64,000 bases of DNA, from the IMG/VR virus record IMGVR_UViG_3300050139_000095, positions 1-64,000 of that record. One strand, 5' to 3'. Under the pieces are notes generated by a model. The model was not told the DNA's origin. It did no database searches and saw nothing but the letters and a program-made list of their open reading frames with translations. This stretch comes from a virus. Below, in pieces: positions 18,943 through 29,317 of the stretch (positions within the stretch are counted from its first letter, which is position 1; each line of letters begins with the position of its first letter). A program made the translations under genes and the position numbers.

Positions 18943-19446
18943 ATGGCGAATACTGATCAGGCTATTATCACCGATGATGGTCACAATGCCTTAGCGCAAA
19001 GTTTTGGTGGACCTAGCGGTGGATTCTCATGGTCGTATGGTCAGTATTTCAAATTAGGCGTCGGCGGATTCATCATCGTCTCTGGCTGTATGCAACCGGC
19101 AAATCCAGATCCCACGCTTCATGACATCCAAGCTTCAACGAGTGGAATGTTTTGGTATCGAAAGACGTTCACTCCATCAGATTTTCTTTTCATTGCTCCG
19201 GGCGGGATTCAAGTCAGATGTTTCATGGACACCAATGAGGGCAATGGTATCTCTGGCTTGGAACCGGATACTCCGGATGATCAAGATGGTCCGAAGAACA
19301 GCATCACTCTTGGTGGAAATGCGCCGACCTATTTAGAGGTTGGAATTTTCGATCTTCAAGATGTGATGGTTGCTTACGGAACTTTCCCAGGAGAAGGCAA
19401 GCTGAGTACAAAAACATTGAACCATTTAGTGCTACTGACGTTCTGA
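18943..19446 (+). CDS. Tail-fibre-associated protein (fibre N-terminal-domain-like)
   Basis: GGGGGA SD. N-terminus (AIITDDGHNALAQSFGG...YFKLGVGG) resembles the ITnAG..ala N-terminal domain of P2-type fibres. It follows a 97-nt gap. Confidence 0.5.
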   Translation: MANTDQAIITDDGHNALAQSFGGPSGGFSWSYGQYFKLGVGGFIIVSGCMQPANPDPTLHDIQASTSGMFWYRKTFTPSDFLFIAPGGIQVRCFMDTNEGNGISGLEPDTPDDQDGPKNSITLGGNAPTYLEVGIFDLQDVMVAYGTFPGEGKLSTKTLNHLVLLTF

Positions 19447-19464
19447 CAGTAAACAGGAGACAAC

Positions 19465-21441
19465 GTGTTATTCAACCAGACCTCCATACAAAAAGATTAC
19501 GTCAAAGTGCGCTGGGGGGAGCCTCGCGTTTCTTCTGGGTTAAACCAAAAGAATTTTGGCGTATGGCCGGATGGTTGCTATGAAGGATTCACGATTGGTC
19601 CCGGTGGTCTCGGTCCTCGCGACATCATAGTTGGTCCTGGTTCAGTTTCTGGAAACGTATCTCCGAGTGTAAGTGGCGTCGGCTATTTGAATGGAAATTT
19701 CGATGCGGCTCTTGGTTACTCGATTGCAGTCGTAAATGACTTCCAAGGTTTTTCAAACACAGTTCAGGTTCCTCCAGGCGTAAGCGCAATTCAGCATTTG
19801 GATGCTACCGGCCTTGAAGGGCAAACAGTTTACATTATTTTGAAAGTTGAATACTCGATCAATGTGGAGACGACCGCAGAGTTGGCGCTTGTTGATGGCG
19901 CGTACATTGATGCGAATCCTTGGGTTGTGGTTCTTGGTAACGTGATGGTCCCGGCGAGTTCATTGACTCCTCTCGATGGATCAATGTTCCAATACGCCGA
20001 TCCTTTGTATCCCAGAAAAACTCCGCTCGCGACACCGACCAAAGCGGGGCTTATGCCGCCGTCAGTTTGGTCAACGCTTCAACAGAACATGCCTTGGCAG
20101 AATCTGTTGGTCATGGACATCGATCAGAACAATGCTTTCAACTTCACGATTACGCCGTCGCAGTTCACGGCGAATGGAAAAAGGCTTTACACATACGTTC
20201 AGCAAAACGTGTCTTCAAAGTTTCCGCGCAATGCTTTTGGCCATTACAACGGCGGCATAAACAATACTCAGTTGACTGTTCTGAACATGCTCAACGGGAC
20301 AATCGGCGGCGCTCACCAAGTTTCAGGCAACCTGACGTTCCCGATTGCTTCAGTGTCTGGAGTGGCGAACTCATATCAGGTGGGGATCGTATCCTTAGCT
20401 CCTGACGATACAATAAATGTAGTTTATGGTGGAGTGTTCTCCAGCGTAAGCGGCGCAACCTTTGATGAAAATATTCCGATACCTGACAGAACGAATCTGC
20501 AAATTGGCGGGTTCATTATTTCTACAGACGGTCTTGGCCACATCAATCCGCTGACCAATGTGAATGTACCTTTCCCAATCTTGTGGCGTAGACCTTATCT
20601 AAACACCGGCATTGGTAACGGAGTTCAGCCGAACTTCGTGCAAGAGATTCCATCTGGTGTGGTTAACGGAACAAACACGACATTCGGTCTTAGCCAAGTT
20701 CCACTCAACGCGCAGAGTATTTTGCCAATCGTTGATGGCGGCCCATTGGATAGTACGCAGTGGACCTTGAGTGGCCAGAATGTGGTCATGCTCACTCCAC
20801 CGGCAATCGGTCTATCAGTATATATCTTCTACGTTTCGGCAGGTCAGAGCATGGTCTCTGGCGCTCAGGAAATTCCTGGTGGCGTCGTTGACGGCGTGAA
20901 CACAACTTTCTCGCTATCAGGCCAAGTGGCCAACCGTGCATCCACACTTGTCATGGTGAATGGAAGGGTGAAGGACGGATCGCTTTGGAATCTGATCCAA
21001 GGTTTAAATAACAGTACGATTCAATTCGTTACCGCTCCTGCCCTTGGCTCTAGGATCTACGTTTTTTATCTCGCGAATATTTTTACGGGAAATGGTCCAT
21101 CTGGCGGCGGCGGAAGTGGGGCACTGACTCCTAATGGAAGTGTTGGGACTCCTGTCGCAATTACCCCATCTGCCGGTATTTCTATCACCACCGACCAAAG
21201 ACAAGTGCAATATGTGGTCGGCGCTATAGCTGGCGGCAATATCGTGACGGCAAATCCACAAATTCAGGCCGGTAATGCCATCGCACAGGAATTGATTTTA
21301 TTTGGAACTTCGGATGCGAATTACCCAATACTGGAAGACGGAGATGGGTTAGCATTGAATGGTCCGATGAATTTAACAAACCACGCACTTATCTATCTAA
21401 TTTGGGATGGAACGGTGTGGGCTGAAGTTTCAAGGAGGTAA
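19465..21441 (+). CDS. Tail fibre protein (no signal peptide)
   Basis: GTG after AGGAG; 658 aa. Two tandem ~75-aa Ig-like repeats (QEIPSGVVNGTNTTFGLS... / QEIPGGVVDGVNTTFSLS...). C-terminal WDGTVWAEVSRR module is shared with the next gene. Confidence 0.7.
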   Translation: MLFNQTSIQKDYVKVRWGEPRVSSGLNQKNFGVWPDGCYEGFTIGPGGLGPRDIIVGPGSVSGNVSPSVSGVGYLNGNFDAALGYSIAVVNDFQGFSNTVQVPPGVSAIQHLDATGLEGQTVYIILKVEYSINVETTAELALVDGAYIDANPWVVVLGNVMVPASSLTPLDGSMFQYADPLYPRKTPLATPTKAGLMPPSVWSTLQQNMPWQNLLVMDIDQNNAFNFTITPSQFTANGKRLYTYVQQNVSSKFPRNAFGHYNGGINNTQLTVLNMLNGTIGGAHQVSGNLTFPIASVSGVANSYQVGIVSLAPDDTINVVYGGVFSSVSGATFDENIPIPDRTNLQIGGFIISTDGLGHINPLTNVNVPFPILWRRPYLNTGIGNGVQPNFVQEIPSGVVNGTNTTFGLSQVPLNAQSILPIVDGGPLDSTQWTLSGQNVVMLTPPAIGLSVYIFYVSAGQSMVSGAQEIPGGVVDGVNTTFSLSGQVANRASTLVMVNGRVKDGSLWNLIQGLNNSTIQFVTAPALGSRIYVFYLANIFTGNGPSGGGGSGALTPNGSVGTPVAITPSAGISITTDQRQVQYVVGAIAGGNIVTANPQIQAGNAIAQELILFGTSDANYPILEDGDGLALNGPMNLTNHALIYLIWDGTVWAEVSRR

Positions 21442-21442
21442 C

Positions 21443-22333
21443 ATGAAAGCCAGGAATCTGATTCTATTTACACTGTTGTTAGCGGTGCCCAATTGGGCGT
21501 TTGCATCTTCTGTCCGTATTCTCGATGGTTTCGAGATTACAAACGGAGCGGCGATTTTACTTTTGCCGACATCCTCAGACACTTTGATAGGTCGAGCGAC
21601 TACCGATACTCTGACCAACAAAAGCATCTCAGGATCAGCAAACACTCTGACCAACATTCCTGCGGGAACGGCCTTGAGTGGCCAAGTGCCTGTGCCGAAC
21701 GGCGGTACTGGTGTTGCGAGTCTTACTGCGAATGGATTGATTTATGGTAACGGAACTTCACCTGTCGGCGTGACCTCTGCCGGTTCTCAGTACCAATCTT
21801 TCCAGGCCGGTGCGTCTGGGGTTCCTACTATTGATGCCGTCCACTTAGATCAAGCTGCGGCTGTCACTGGCTCACTGCCTTTGGCAAACGGCGGTACTGG
21901 CGGAGTCGATCAGCCTAGCGCGGCCAACGCGGTGTTGCCTTCTCAGTCCAGCAATTCAGGAAAGTTCCTGACCACTGACGGAACGAATGCTTCGTGGGGA
22001 GTAGTGTCATCGGTGCCCAGCATCGTTGCATCACGCGCTTCACCGACATTGATTACGGCTGTTGGCGGCATTGGATTCTCAAGTGCTGTTTATGACACCT
22101 ACAATTTCATTGCCGGTAACGCTGGAGCGGTAACTGTGACTGCGACTCCGCAGATTGCTGTCGGTGCTAATGTTGGTCAAAGACTTACCTTGATCGGTCG
22201 TAGCGCGAGCAATACTGTGACGTTAGCAGATGGCAACGGCCTATCACTGAACGGTCCTTGGGTGGGTGGTCTTGACAGCGTGCTCGTTGTTTTTTGGGAT
22301 GGAACGAATTGGACCGAAGTCGCTAGGAGATAG
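21443..22333 (+). CDS. Signal-peptide-bearing fibre-like protein 1
   Basis: AAGGAGG SD; the ATG lies 2 nt after the upstream stop. Signal peptide MKARNLILFTLLLAVPNWAFA|SS. Fibre motifs TDTLTNKSI, NGGTG, LPSQSSNSGKFLTTDGTNASW. C-terminus WDGTNWTEVARR. Confidence 0.8.
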   Translation: MKARNLILFTLLLAVPNWAFASSVRILDGFEITNGAAILLLPTSSDTLIGRATTDTLTNKSISGSANTLTNIPAGTALSGQVPVPNGGTGVASLTANGLIYGNGTSPVGVTSAGSQYQSFQAGASGVPTIDAVHLDQAAAVTGSLPLANGGTGGVDQPSAANAVLPSQSSNSGKFLTTDGTNASWGVVSSVPSIVASRASPTLITAVGGIGFSSAVYDTYNFIAGNAGAVTVTATPQIAVGANVGQRLTLIGRSASNTVTLADGNGLSLNGPWVGGLDSVLVVFWDGTNWTEVARR

Positions 22334-22336
22334 TTA

Positions 22337-25300
22337 ATGCGCGTTTTATTTTTAGCAATCACGCTCTTCGCGTGGACGGCCAATGCGTCGTCTACGCGCA
22401 TTGTTCCTGTTGATACATTCAAGTCTGCCGACATGACGAAAACTTGGACGCCACCTTCGGCGTCCGACACTTTGCTTGGTCGAGCAAGCACCGATACTCT
22501 GACTAATAAGAGTATTGATGGAACCACGAACGTATTGACTAACGTGAGTCTCACGACTGCGGTCAGTGGTATTTTGCCGGTTATTAACGGTGGCACTGGA
22601 GCAAATACGCAGACTGGTGCTTTGAATGCTTTATTGCCATCGCAAAGCGGTCAATCTGGAAAAGTTCTTTCTACTGATGGGACCAATACTTCATGGATCA
22701 CGGGCGGTGGTGGCGGTGGTGCGACGACGGCGTTAGATAATTTAACGAATCCCACTGCGATCAATCAGGATCTTATTCCAGGAATTGCAAATTCATTTAG
22801 TCTTGGAAGCGGAACCAATACTTGGCAAACATTGTTTATCGAAGAACTTTTCGATTCAAATAATCTTTTCGCTATCGACGTAAACGACAGAATGTTGATC
22901 AACAATACTGGATCTCAATGGGTTCTTGACTGGAGTAATCCGGCGTTTTTACAACCTGCGGTTCCGATCATTTATCAAGGCATGAGTAACGGAGAAATCG
23001 GTACTTCAAATACTACGGAAGCTGATCTGCTTATCGACACGAATGGTGGTACGGCAGCGGCTCTGGCCACAAACACAAATTCAGGCTCGCTCATAATGGC
23101 AACGGGCAGCACTACCGGCACTGGTAATTCAGGAGAAATGCTATTGCAGACGGGATTGCCGTCAGGCTCCGGTACTCGCGGCGTTCTGTCATTGAACTCT
23201 CGGACCATCAATATTTACGGAGACTCTGTTGATCAAGGCTTCGAGCAAATCATTCTCGGTGCCATTGGCGGATACGTCGGTTCTGATGGCTATACGATCA
23301 CGACAGCCAATGCTTCGGCTGGAAATGTATCAGAGGCAATGAACATGCAGACCGGAGATGCAAGCGGCGCAGGTTCAAGTTCAGGTGGATTTAATTGGGC
23401 CACTGGTGGCGCAGACGTAAATAGCGGTTCATTTTCAGTTTCAACTGGAACTGGATTGTCGGGCGGATCAGGCTCGATGTTTTTTCAAACCGGCGTATCT
23501 GGTACTGGTGTTGGGACTGGAAATTATTCGGCTGGAACTGGTAACGCTTCAGGAAATGGTTCATCCGGCGAAATCACTATGATCACCGGATCTTCTGTTG
23601 ATGGTGGTTCTGGTCCTGTCGCTTTGGCTTCAGGAGGGAATACCGGCACTGGAAACAGTGGCGCAGTTACTTTGCAAACTGGGAACACAGACACTGGCGG
23701 CGTCGGAAGCATCCTTTTGACCACGGGAACGGCTACTTCTGGAGCGCGGGGACTTATTCAACTCGATGGTGATCGCACCACGATCAATGGTTCTGGAGTT
23801 TTAGAATTTGCGAACATTGGATCTGATCCATCTACTCCAGGTGGACCACAGGCCGGTGATGTTTATTTCAACAACGTGTCGAATCTTTTGCGCGTGTACA
23901 ACGGAACAACTTGGAGTGACATCGCGTCTGGCAGCGGAGCGAATACGGCGCTCTCAAATCTTACGAGTCCGACAGCGATCAATCATGATCTTATTTTTGC
24001 CGAAGGCGGCCCGGCGCAGATCGTTACTGGCGACAGCACTACCGCGAGCCTAACTCTAGGAACAAACTCTGGTGGCGTTCCAGTGGACACCGACTCAGGT
24101 GCTATCGGGATTGTCAGTCAGTCGGTTTCCGGAACTGGAAATTCTGGTGCAATCAGTTTACTCACTGGCGGAGCCGCAAATGGAGTCAGCGGAGACATTA
24201 GTCTGACTACATCAAGCACCAGCGGAACAGGTAATACGGGAAACATTTTACTTCTGACCACACCATCGGGTGGTTCAGGCACTCAAGGTAGAGTAGACAT
24301 CGACACCGATATTCTCCATCTACACGGAACTGGTTTAGATGGAACTGAACAAATCATCCTTGGCAACATGGGCGGTAACGCCACTGAGCACGGTTTCACT
24401 ATTTGGACGGACATGGCCACCATCGGAAACGTATCCGACGCCATAGACATTCGTTCAGGTGACTCTACGCTTACCGGATCAGTTTCTGGTGATATGAATT
24501 TTCACACTGGCGGCGGAGATGCATCTAGCGGTGCTATCAGTGTTTTCACTGGTGGCGCGGCCAATGGCCCCAGCGGTTTGGCGCAATTAAAATCTGGAGA
24601 TGCTAGTGGCGGAGTGTCGGGAGAAGTTGATCTTCTGAGCGGCAATGCAACGGGTTTCCAGAGCGGTAACATCGTGATCGCTACTGGTACGTCTAATGCA
24701 AACACCACTGGTTTAATCAGCCTGACCACTGGTAACGGAACATCAACGACGCCATCAGGACCTATCTTTCTTGGCACTGGTAGCACCACCACTGACGGCG
24801 TGACTACTGGATATTTTCAGTTTGTTACAGGCGCTGCAACCGGCACAGGTATGAGCGGTCCATTTATATGGAACACAGGTACGACGGTTGACGGAGTTTC
24901 AGGCACTGTCACTTTGAACAGCGGTAACACAACGGGTAGCGCAACCTCTGGAAGCGTGACTCTTGTTTCCGGAGATGCGACCGGCACTGGAGCATCAGGC
25001 GGCCTAAATCTTAATACGGGTTCTGGTATCGCTGGCACAGGAGATGTTAATTTGTTTACCGGCGCTACCACTGCCGCCGACGTTAATTCTGGTGTCATCA
25101 ACCTTAATACTGGAAGCGTCACAGGAGTAGGGGTAAGCGGAGCTATTTCATCCAGCACTGGAAGTTCCGTAGATAATTCAAGCGGAGCATGGACGCTACA
25201 GAGTGGTGGCACCAGCGGTAACGGAACGTCAGGCGCATTGACGCTTGTAACTGGAGCATCTAGCGGCGGCGGTAACACAGGTTCTGTTTTACTTGAATCT

Positions 25301-25915
25301 GGCGCAGTGAATGGAACCGCTGGATCTTCTGGAGATGTGGACATTCAAACAGGCCAACCGTTTGATACTGGCGGCAACATCGGAATTCAAACTGGCGGCG
25401 GCCTTGGCACAAACTCGAACACTGGTGGCATCGTATTCGGAACTGGTTTAGCTACTGGCTCAGGAGCGAGCGGCGGGATCTCTTTGGTCATCGGTGGCGT
25501 AAGCACTGGAACCAAGGGCGGCATCGTATTTCAAGACGGATCAGAAGGAACATCCGGTTATGTTTGGACTTCTGTTGACGGAAGTGGAACTGGAACTTGG
25601 ATGCCAGCTACTGGTGGCGGCGGCGGAAATTGGACAGTGGTCAATGGCGGGGATACTACTGTCGCAATCGGCGCTGGCGATCAGCATGTTCGCGCAACCG
25701 CCACGCTCACAGCCGACCGTACTTACACTCTACCGGCATGTACGACAAATATTGGCGAGCGCCATGAGATCAAAAATACTCCGGCCCAAACTTTCAACGT
25801 CATTGTTGCTGGTGCTGGCACCGACAATATTGACGCAAGCAACATATACACGCTTATTCCTGGTGATTCGCTTCAAGTGATTTGTGCAGTCAGTGGTACT
25901 TGGGACATTGAGTAG
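22337..25915 (+). CDS. Signal-peptide-bearing giant fibre-like repeat protein 2
   Basis: GGAG SD. Signal peptide MRVLFLAITLFAWTANA|SS. Same N-terminal fibre motifs, then about 1000 aa of Gly/Ser/Thr repeats (SG.I.L.TG...G.G) with an internal two-module duplication. Confidence 0.8.
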   Translation: MRVLFLAITLFAWTANASSTRIVPVDTFKSADMTKTWTPPSASDTLLGRASTDTLTNKSIDGTTNVLTNVSLTTAVSGILPVINGGTGANTQTGALNALLPSQSGQSGKVLSTDGTNTSWITGGGGGGATTALDNLTNPTAINQDLIPGIANSFSLGSGTNTWQTLFIEELFDSNNLFAIDVNDRMLINNTGSQWVLDWSNPAFLQPAVPIIYQGMSNGEIGTSNTTEADLLIDTNGGTAAALATNTNSGSLIMATGSTTGTGNSGEMLLQTGLPSGSGTRGVLSLNSRTINIYGDSVDQGFEQIILGAIGGYVGSDGYTITTANASAGNVSEAMNMQTGDASGAGSSSGGFNWATGGADVNSGSFSVSTGTGLSGGSGSMFFQTGVSGTGVGTGNYSAGTGNASGNGSSGEITMITGSSVDGGSGPVALASGGNTGTGNSGAVTLQTGNTDTGGVGSILLTTGTATSGARGLIQLDGDRTTINGSGVLEFANIGSDPSTPGGPQAGDVYFNNVSNLLRVYNGTTWSDIASGSGANTALSNLTSPTAINHDLIFAEGGPAQIVTGDSTTASLTLGTNSGGVPVDTDSGAIGIVSQSVSGTGNSGAISLLTGGAANGVSGDISLTTSSTSGTGNTGNILLLTTPSGGSGTQGRVDIDTDILHLHGTGLDGTEQIILGNMGGNATEHGFTIWTDMATIGNVSDAIDIRSGDSTLTGSVSGDMNFHTGGGDASSGAISVFTGGAANGPSGLAQLKSGDASGGVSGEVDLLSGNATGFQSGNIVIATGTSNANTTGLISLTTGNGTSTTPSGPIFLGTGSTTTDGVTTGYFQFVTGAATGTGMSGPFIWNTGTTVDGVSGTVTLNSGNTTGSATSGSVTLVSGDATGTGASGGLNLNTGSGIAGTGDVNLFTGATTAADVNSGVINLNTGSVTGVGVSGAISSSTGSSVDNSSGAWTLQSGGTSGNGTSGALTLVTGASSGGGNTGSVLLESGAVNGTAGSSGDVDIQTGQPFDTGGNIGIQTGGGLGTNSNTGGIVFGTGLATGSGASGGISLVIGGVSTGTKGGIVFQDGSEGTSGYVWTSVDGSGTGTWMPATGGGGGNWTVVNGGDTTVAIGAGDQHVRATATLTADRTYTLPACTTNIGERHEIKNTPAQTFNVIVAGAGTDNIDASNIYTLIPGDSLQVICAVSGTWDIE

Positions 25916-25924
25916 GGGATGATT

Positions 25925-28900
25925 ATGAAAAAGTTTTTTCTAGCCTTAACACTGATTTGTTTATCTGCTTACGCGAAAGAACCTCTCAAGGGATTCTTAG
26001 GAGATCCTCTTCCTGTTATTCACGGCGGAACAGGAACTACGACAGCCTCTGGATCACCATTTGCGCTGAAGGATTTGAGTAACCTTAATTCGACAGCGGT
26101 CAACCAAGACCTTTTGCCAAGTTCGGGCGGATCTAATGCTCTAGGAAGTTCGAGTAATTATTGGTCGTCTCTATATGTGAACGATGTTTTTTCTGCGGTA
26201 AATACCAGTTTGACTTTAACGGCTCAGGGCAATGGAGACATTGTTTTGACTCCAGGTTCTACTCGTCACGTAAACATTGGTCCGAATAACCAATTGTTCA
26301 TGGCTGGCTCAGGGGCACCAATCTTTTTCTTGGACGACAGTTCTAGCAAGTATGTTGGCTTTGTTGCGCCGACCGCTGTGACTACCACGACATTGTGGAC
26401 ACTTCCACTCGCTGACGGAACAAATGGACAGGTTTTATCTACTGATGGAAGTGGAAATTTAAGTTGGGCATCGGGCGGCGGTGGCGGCGGAGCGAATACC
26501 GCTTTATCGAATCTATCAAGTGTTGCTATCAACACACCTTTGATATTTGATCCAAGCCTCTCCGATGGAACTTACATCAACAAGAAAAAAACCTATCTTT
26601 CAGATTTCGATAGAGGATTGTATTTATCTGGAACTATGTCGCTCGACAGCGGTGGTAGCTGGACCTGTCATGGCGCGGATAGCGATGCTTCGGTCCTTGC
26701 CGTTAACAGAGATGCTCCAAGCTTAACTTTTTTTACGGCAACAGGTTGTACCGACACTGCGGCTCCCGCTTCAATGAATATTGTTTGGACTGCCGATGTA
26801 AATGGAACAGTTACTCAGTCAGGGCATCTATTACCTAGCGTGACGGATGGCTCTCTCGCTTTAGGAACCACAGCTAATTATTGGGGCCAAAGCCAGATTG
26901 ATGCGCTGGCTGATGCGGTTGGGGTAGTGGCTGTCGCTCCATACGGCAGAACTTTAAACGATCCCACTGGTGCGACAGCATTTAATTGGAGTGTCGCTGG
27001 TGTCACTCAATTCGGAAGTCCAACGGCAATTTGGGCGACGACAACAGATCCCGTTAGCCCAAGCCCAATTACCGGCGAGATGTATTTCAATAGCGCCACT
27101 GGAAACCTTCGCACTTACAACGGCACTGCGTGGAGCGATGTCGGATCAAATTTGGCTGGGAAAGGCTGGGTAAAGTACACACTCACGTTTGATCAGTTTA
27201 CTGATCCAACCACTTCTCACACCTTGAATGTCGTGAACGTACCGGCTGGATCTATAGTTGAAGCTTGGGTAGTTCATCCGACAATCGCGTTCGGTGGTGG
27301 GGCCATTACCGATGTCGTATACAGTTTCGGGAATGACTTGAATGGTCTGATTTACACGACCAACACAGAATTGTTTACGGCTCCATCTGACACTGTTTAT
27401 ACGAATGAGGGACTGTTCACTCCAATAGATTTCGGCGCATCTCATTTTATTCAGTTTCAAGCAAATTCAACCGGCGACAACCTTGACCAACTCACCGCTG
27501 GTAGTGTTGATGTTTTCATCAAGTTTAAGGATTTGAACGCTGATGCATCCGAGCAAGCGAGTGGTTCTGGTGGAGTAAAGGTAGACGCTCCAACGATCAC
27601 GACTCCGACTGGAAGTGCTCCGATATTATTTAATAGTTCAAACGTGGAATATCAGACAGATCCTGCCTTTACTACCACCGCGAATACCATCACGGCACCG
27701 ACGACTGGTTTGTTCACATTGAGCATGAGTTCGCACGCGAACATTGCTGATTCTTCGCCGCACGTCATCCAACTGTTCTATCAGGTAAACTCTGGAAGTC
27801 CGATTCCAATGGAACAGATTGTGACATCTCCACAGGCTGGATCTGATCACCTATACAGTATGTCCACTCCACTGAGTTTGAATGCAGGTGATGCATTGAT
27901 CTTCTTTGCGGTTGGTGACGGTACTTTTGATTATGATCAGATCACTATTGCATTGAATGGAACGGGCGGCGGTAGTGGCGGGGGATCTGGAGCAAACTTC
28001 GCTCTTTCAAACTTATCTTCTCCTACTGCAATCAATCAGAATTTGTTTTTCGCCACGGGTACATCAGCCGTGCTCCAAACAAAAGATGAAGCCGCGAAGC
28101 CACAGGACTTGTTGATTCAGACGGGTATGCCAACCGTCACTGACACTGAAGGTGGAAGTCTTAGCTTGAACACCGGCAACGTAACTGGTGTAGGCCAAGG
28201 CGGAAATCTTATTTTGACTACCGGAACAAGTGTTGATGGCTCAGGCGGAACGATTGGTCTAGCGACTGGAACATCCACTGGTATTGGAGAGAGTGGTCCG
28301 ATAGCAATTAGCACTGGTCCAAATTCTGGTACTGGAACATCTGGAAATATGCAAATCACAACAGGTAGTGCCGCTGCCGCTGCCTCTGGCGGAATTGATA
28401 TAACGACCGGAAATGCAGGAACTTCATCAAGTACATCCGGAGCATTCAGAGTATTTACTGGGAATGGATTCAGTTCAGGTGAAATTGATTTAACTACTGG
28501 TCAAGCGGCCATAGATACTGCGACTGGCGCTATGACCTTCGACACCGGAGACGCGAGTGGAATTGGCCAGTCTGGTGGGTTCAATGTCAACACAGGTCAG
28601 ACGGCAGATGGAAATTCTGGTGGACTCAGTTTATTGACAGGACAACCTAGCGGAACCGGAACATCTGGTGCTGTGAGTATTCAATCAGGAAGCCCTCCAA
28701 ATGCTGGCGGATCTGGCGGCAGCGGCGGTGTCACATTAAAATCTGGTGAGACTGGTAGCGGTGGAAGTTCATCTGGATCAGTTCTTGTTACGTCGGGCGG
28801 AAATAGTTCTGGATCAACAGGAAGCGCACAACTCTTGTCTGGAGCCGCTGGAAGTGGTGGTGGTTCAGGATCTGTTTCACTGGCATCTGGCGGCGGCGGA

Positions 28901-29317
28901 AGTTCTGGATCTATATCCATCTCAACTGGCGGCGCAAGTTCATCCGCTGGCGGCGGCAGCATTTTCATTTCACCTGGAGCGGGTAGCACGACCAATGGTG
29001 AGATTATTCTAGGCGAAACTCACATTAGAACCACCGGCACAGCCCCGACGTTAAGTAGCTGCGGAACCAGTCCGTCATTTGTCGGAAATGCCACGGACAT
29101 TGCTGGCCGTATTCAAGTTGGAAGCGGAACATTTTCAAGCTGCACCTTGACGTTCCATCACGCTTATAACCAGATTCCGGTGTGTATTTTCCAGGCGGAA
29201 ACAACATCGTATGCGGTTGCTCCAACTGTGCCCTCTTCGTCAGCGATTACTTTCGGTACGTCAGTAGCATTTGGCGCTAACGATAAAGTGGTTTATCATT
29301 GCTTCGGATTGCAATAG
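25925..29317 (+). CDS. Signal-peptide-bearing giant fibre-like repeat protein 3
   Basis: ATG at 25925 is better spaced from the GGGG SD than the ATG at 25919. Signal peptide MKKFFLALTLICLSAYA|KE. Has NGGTG-like HGGTG, three ALSNLSS..AIN junction motifs and long Gly/Ser repeats. Confidence 0.8.
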   Translation: MKKFFLALTLICLSAYAKEPLKGFLGDPLPVIHGGTGTTTASGSPFALKDLSNLNSTAVNQDLLPSSGGSNALGSSSNYWSSLYVNDVFSAVNTSLTLTAQGNGDIVLTPGSTRHVNIGPNNQLFMAGSGAPIFFLDDSSSKYVGFVAPTAVTTTTLWTLPLADGTNGQVLSTDGSGNLSWASGGGGGGANTALSNLSSVAINTPLIFDPSLSDGTYINKKKTYLSDFDRGLYLSGTMSLDSGGSWTCHGADSDASVLAVNRDAPSLTFFTATGCTDTAAPASMNIVWTADVNGTVTQSGHLLPSVTDGSLALGTTANYWGQSQIDALADAVGVVAVAPYGRTLNDPTGATAFNWSVAGVTQFGSPTAIWATTTDPVSPSPITGEMYFNSATGNLRTYNGTAWSDVGSNLAGKGWVKYTLTFDQFTDPTTSHTLNVVNVPAGSIVEAWVVHPTIAFGGGAITDVVYSFGNDLNGLIYTTNTELFTAPSDTVYTNEGLFTPIDFGASHFIQFQANSTGDNLDQLTAGSVDVFIKFKDLNADASEQASGSGGVKVDAPTITTPTGSAPILFNSSNVEYQTDPAFTTTANTITAPTTGLFTLSMSSHANIADSSPHVIQLFYQVNSGSPIPMEQIVTSPQAGSDHLYSMSTPLSLNAGDALIFFAVGDGTFDYDQITIALNGTGGGSGGGSGANFALSNLSSPTAINQNLFFATGTSAVLQTKDEAAKPQDLLIQTGMPTVTDTEGGSLSLNTGNVTGVGQGGNLILTTGTSVDGSGGTIGLATGTSTGIGESGPIAISTGPNSGTGTSGNMQITTGSAAAAASGGIDITTGNAGTSSSTSGAFRVFTGNGFSSGEIDLTTGQAAIDTATGAMTFDTGDASGIGQSGGFNVNTGQTADGNSGGLSLLTGQPSGTGTSGAVSIQSGSPPNAGGSGGSGGVTLKSGETGSGGSSSGSVLVTSGGNSSGSTGSAQLLSGAAGSGGGSGSVSLASGGGGSSGSISISTGGASSSAGGGSIFISPGAGSTTNGEIILGETHIRTTGTAPTLSSCGTSPSFVGNATDIAGRIQVGSGTFSSCTLTFHHAYNQIPVCIFQAETTSYAVAPTVPSSSAITFGTSVAFGANDKVVYHCFGLQ

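Noticed and set aside
3126-21441. Interpretation of the tail cluster as an extracellular contractile injection system or tailocin rather than a phage
   Set aside because: No AAA+ ATPase typical of eCIS loci is present. A chaperone frameshift plus tape measure arrangement and gpD/V/W/J/I baseplate order are phage-like. The same co-linear unit carries a full replication module. However, capsid and terminase genes are not in the window, so this alternative cannot be excluded from this fragment alone.
22975-28995. Minus-strand ORFs inside the giant fibre genes (for example 24817-25344, 24502-24792, 28681-28995, 28117-28359), rich in Pro/Val/Thr
   Set aside because: They are antisense shadows of Gly/Ser/Thr-repeat coding sequence (GGN/ACN/AGY codons read as NCC/NGT on the other strand). 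They have no SD and lie entirely within well-supported plus-strand genes.
22700-29000. Possible CRISPR array or DNA-level tandem repeat in the Gly-rich fibre region
   Set aside because: The repetition is at the protein-motif level with degenerate DNA, inside long open reading frames. There are no regularly spaced identical direct repeats with unique spacers and no cas genes.
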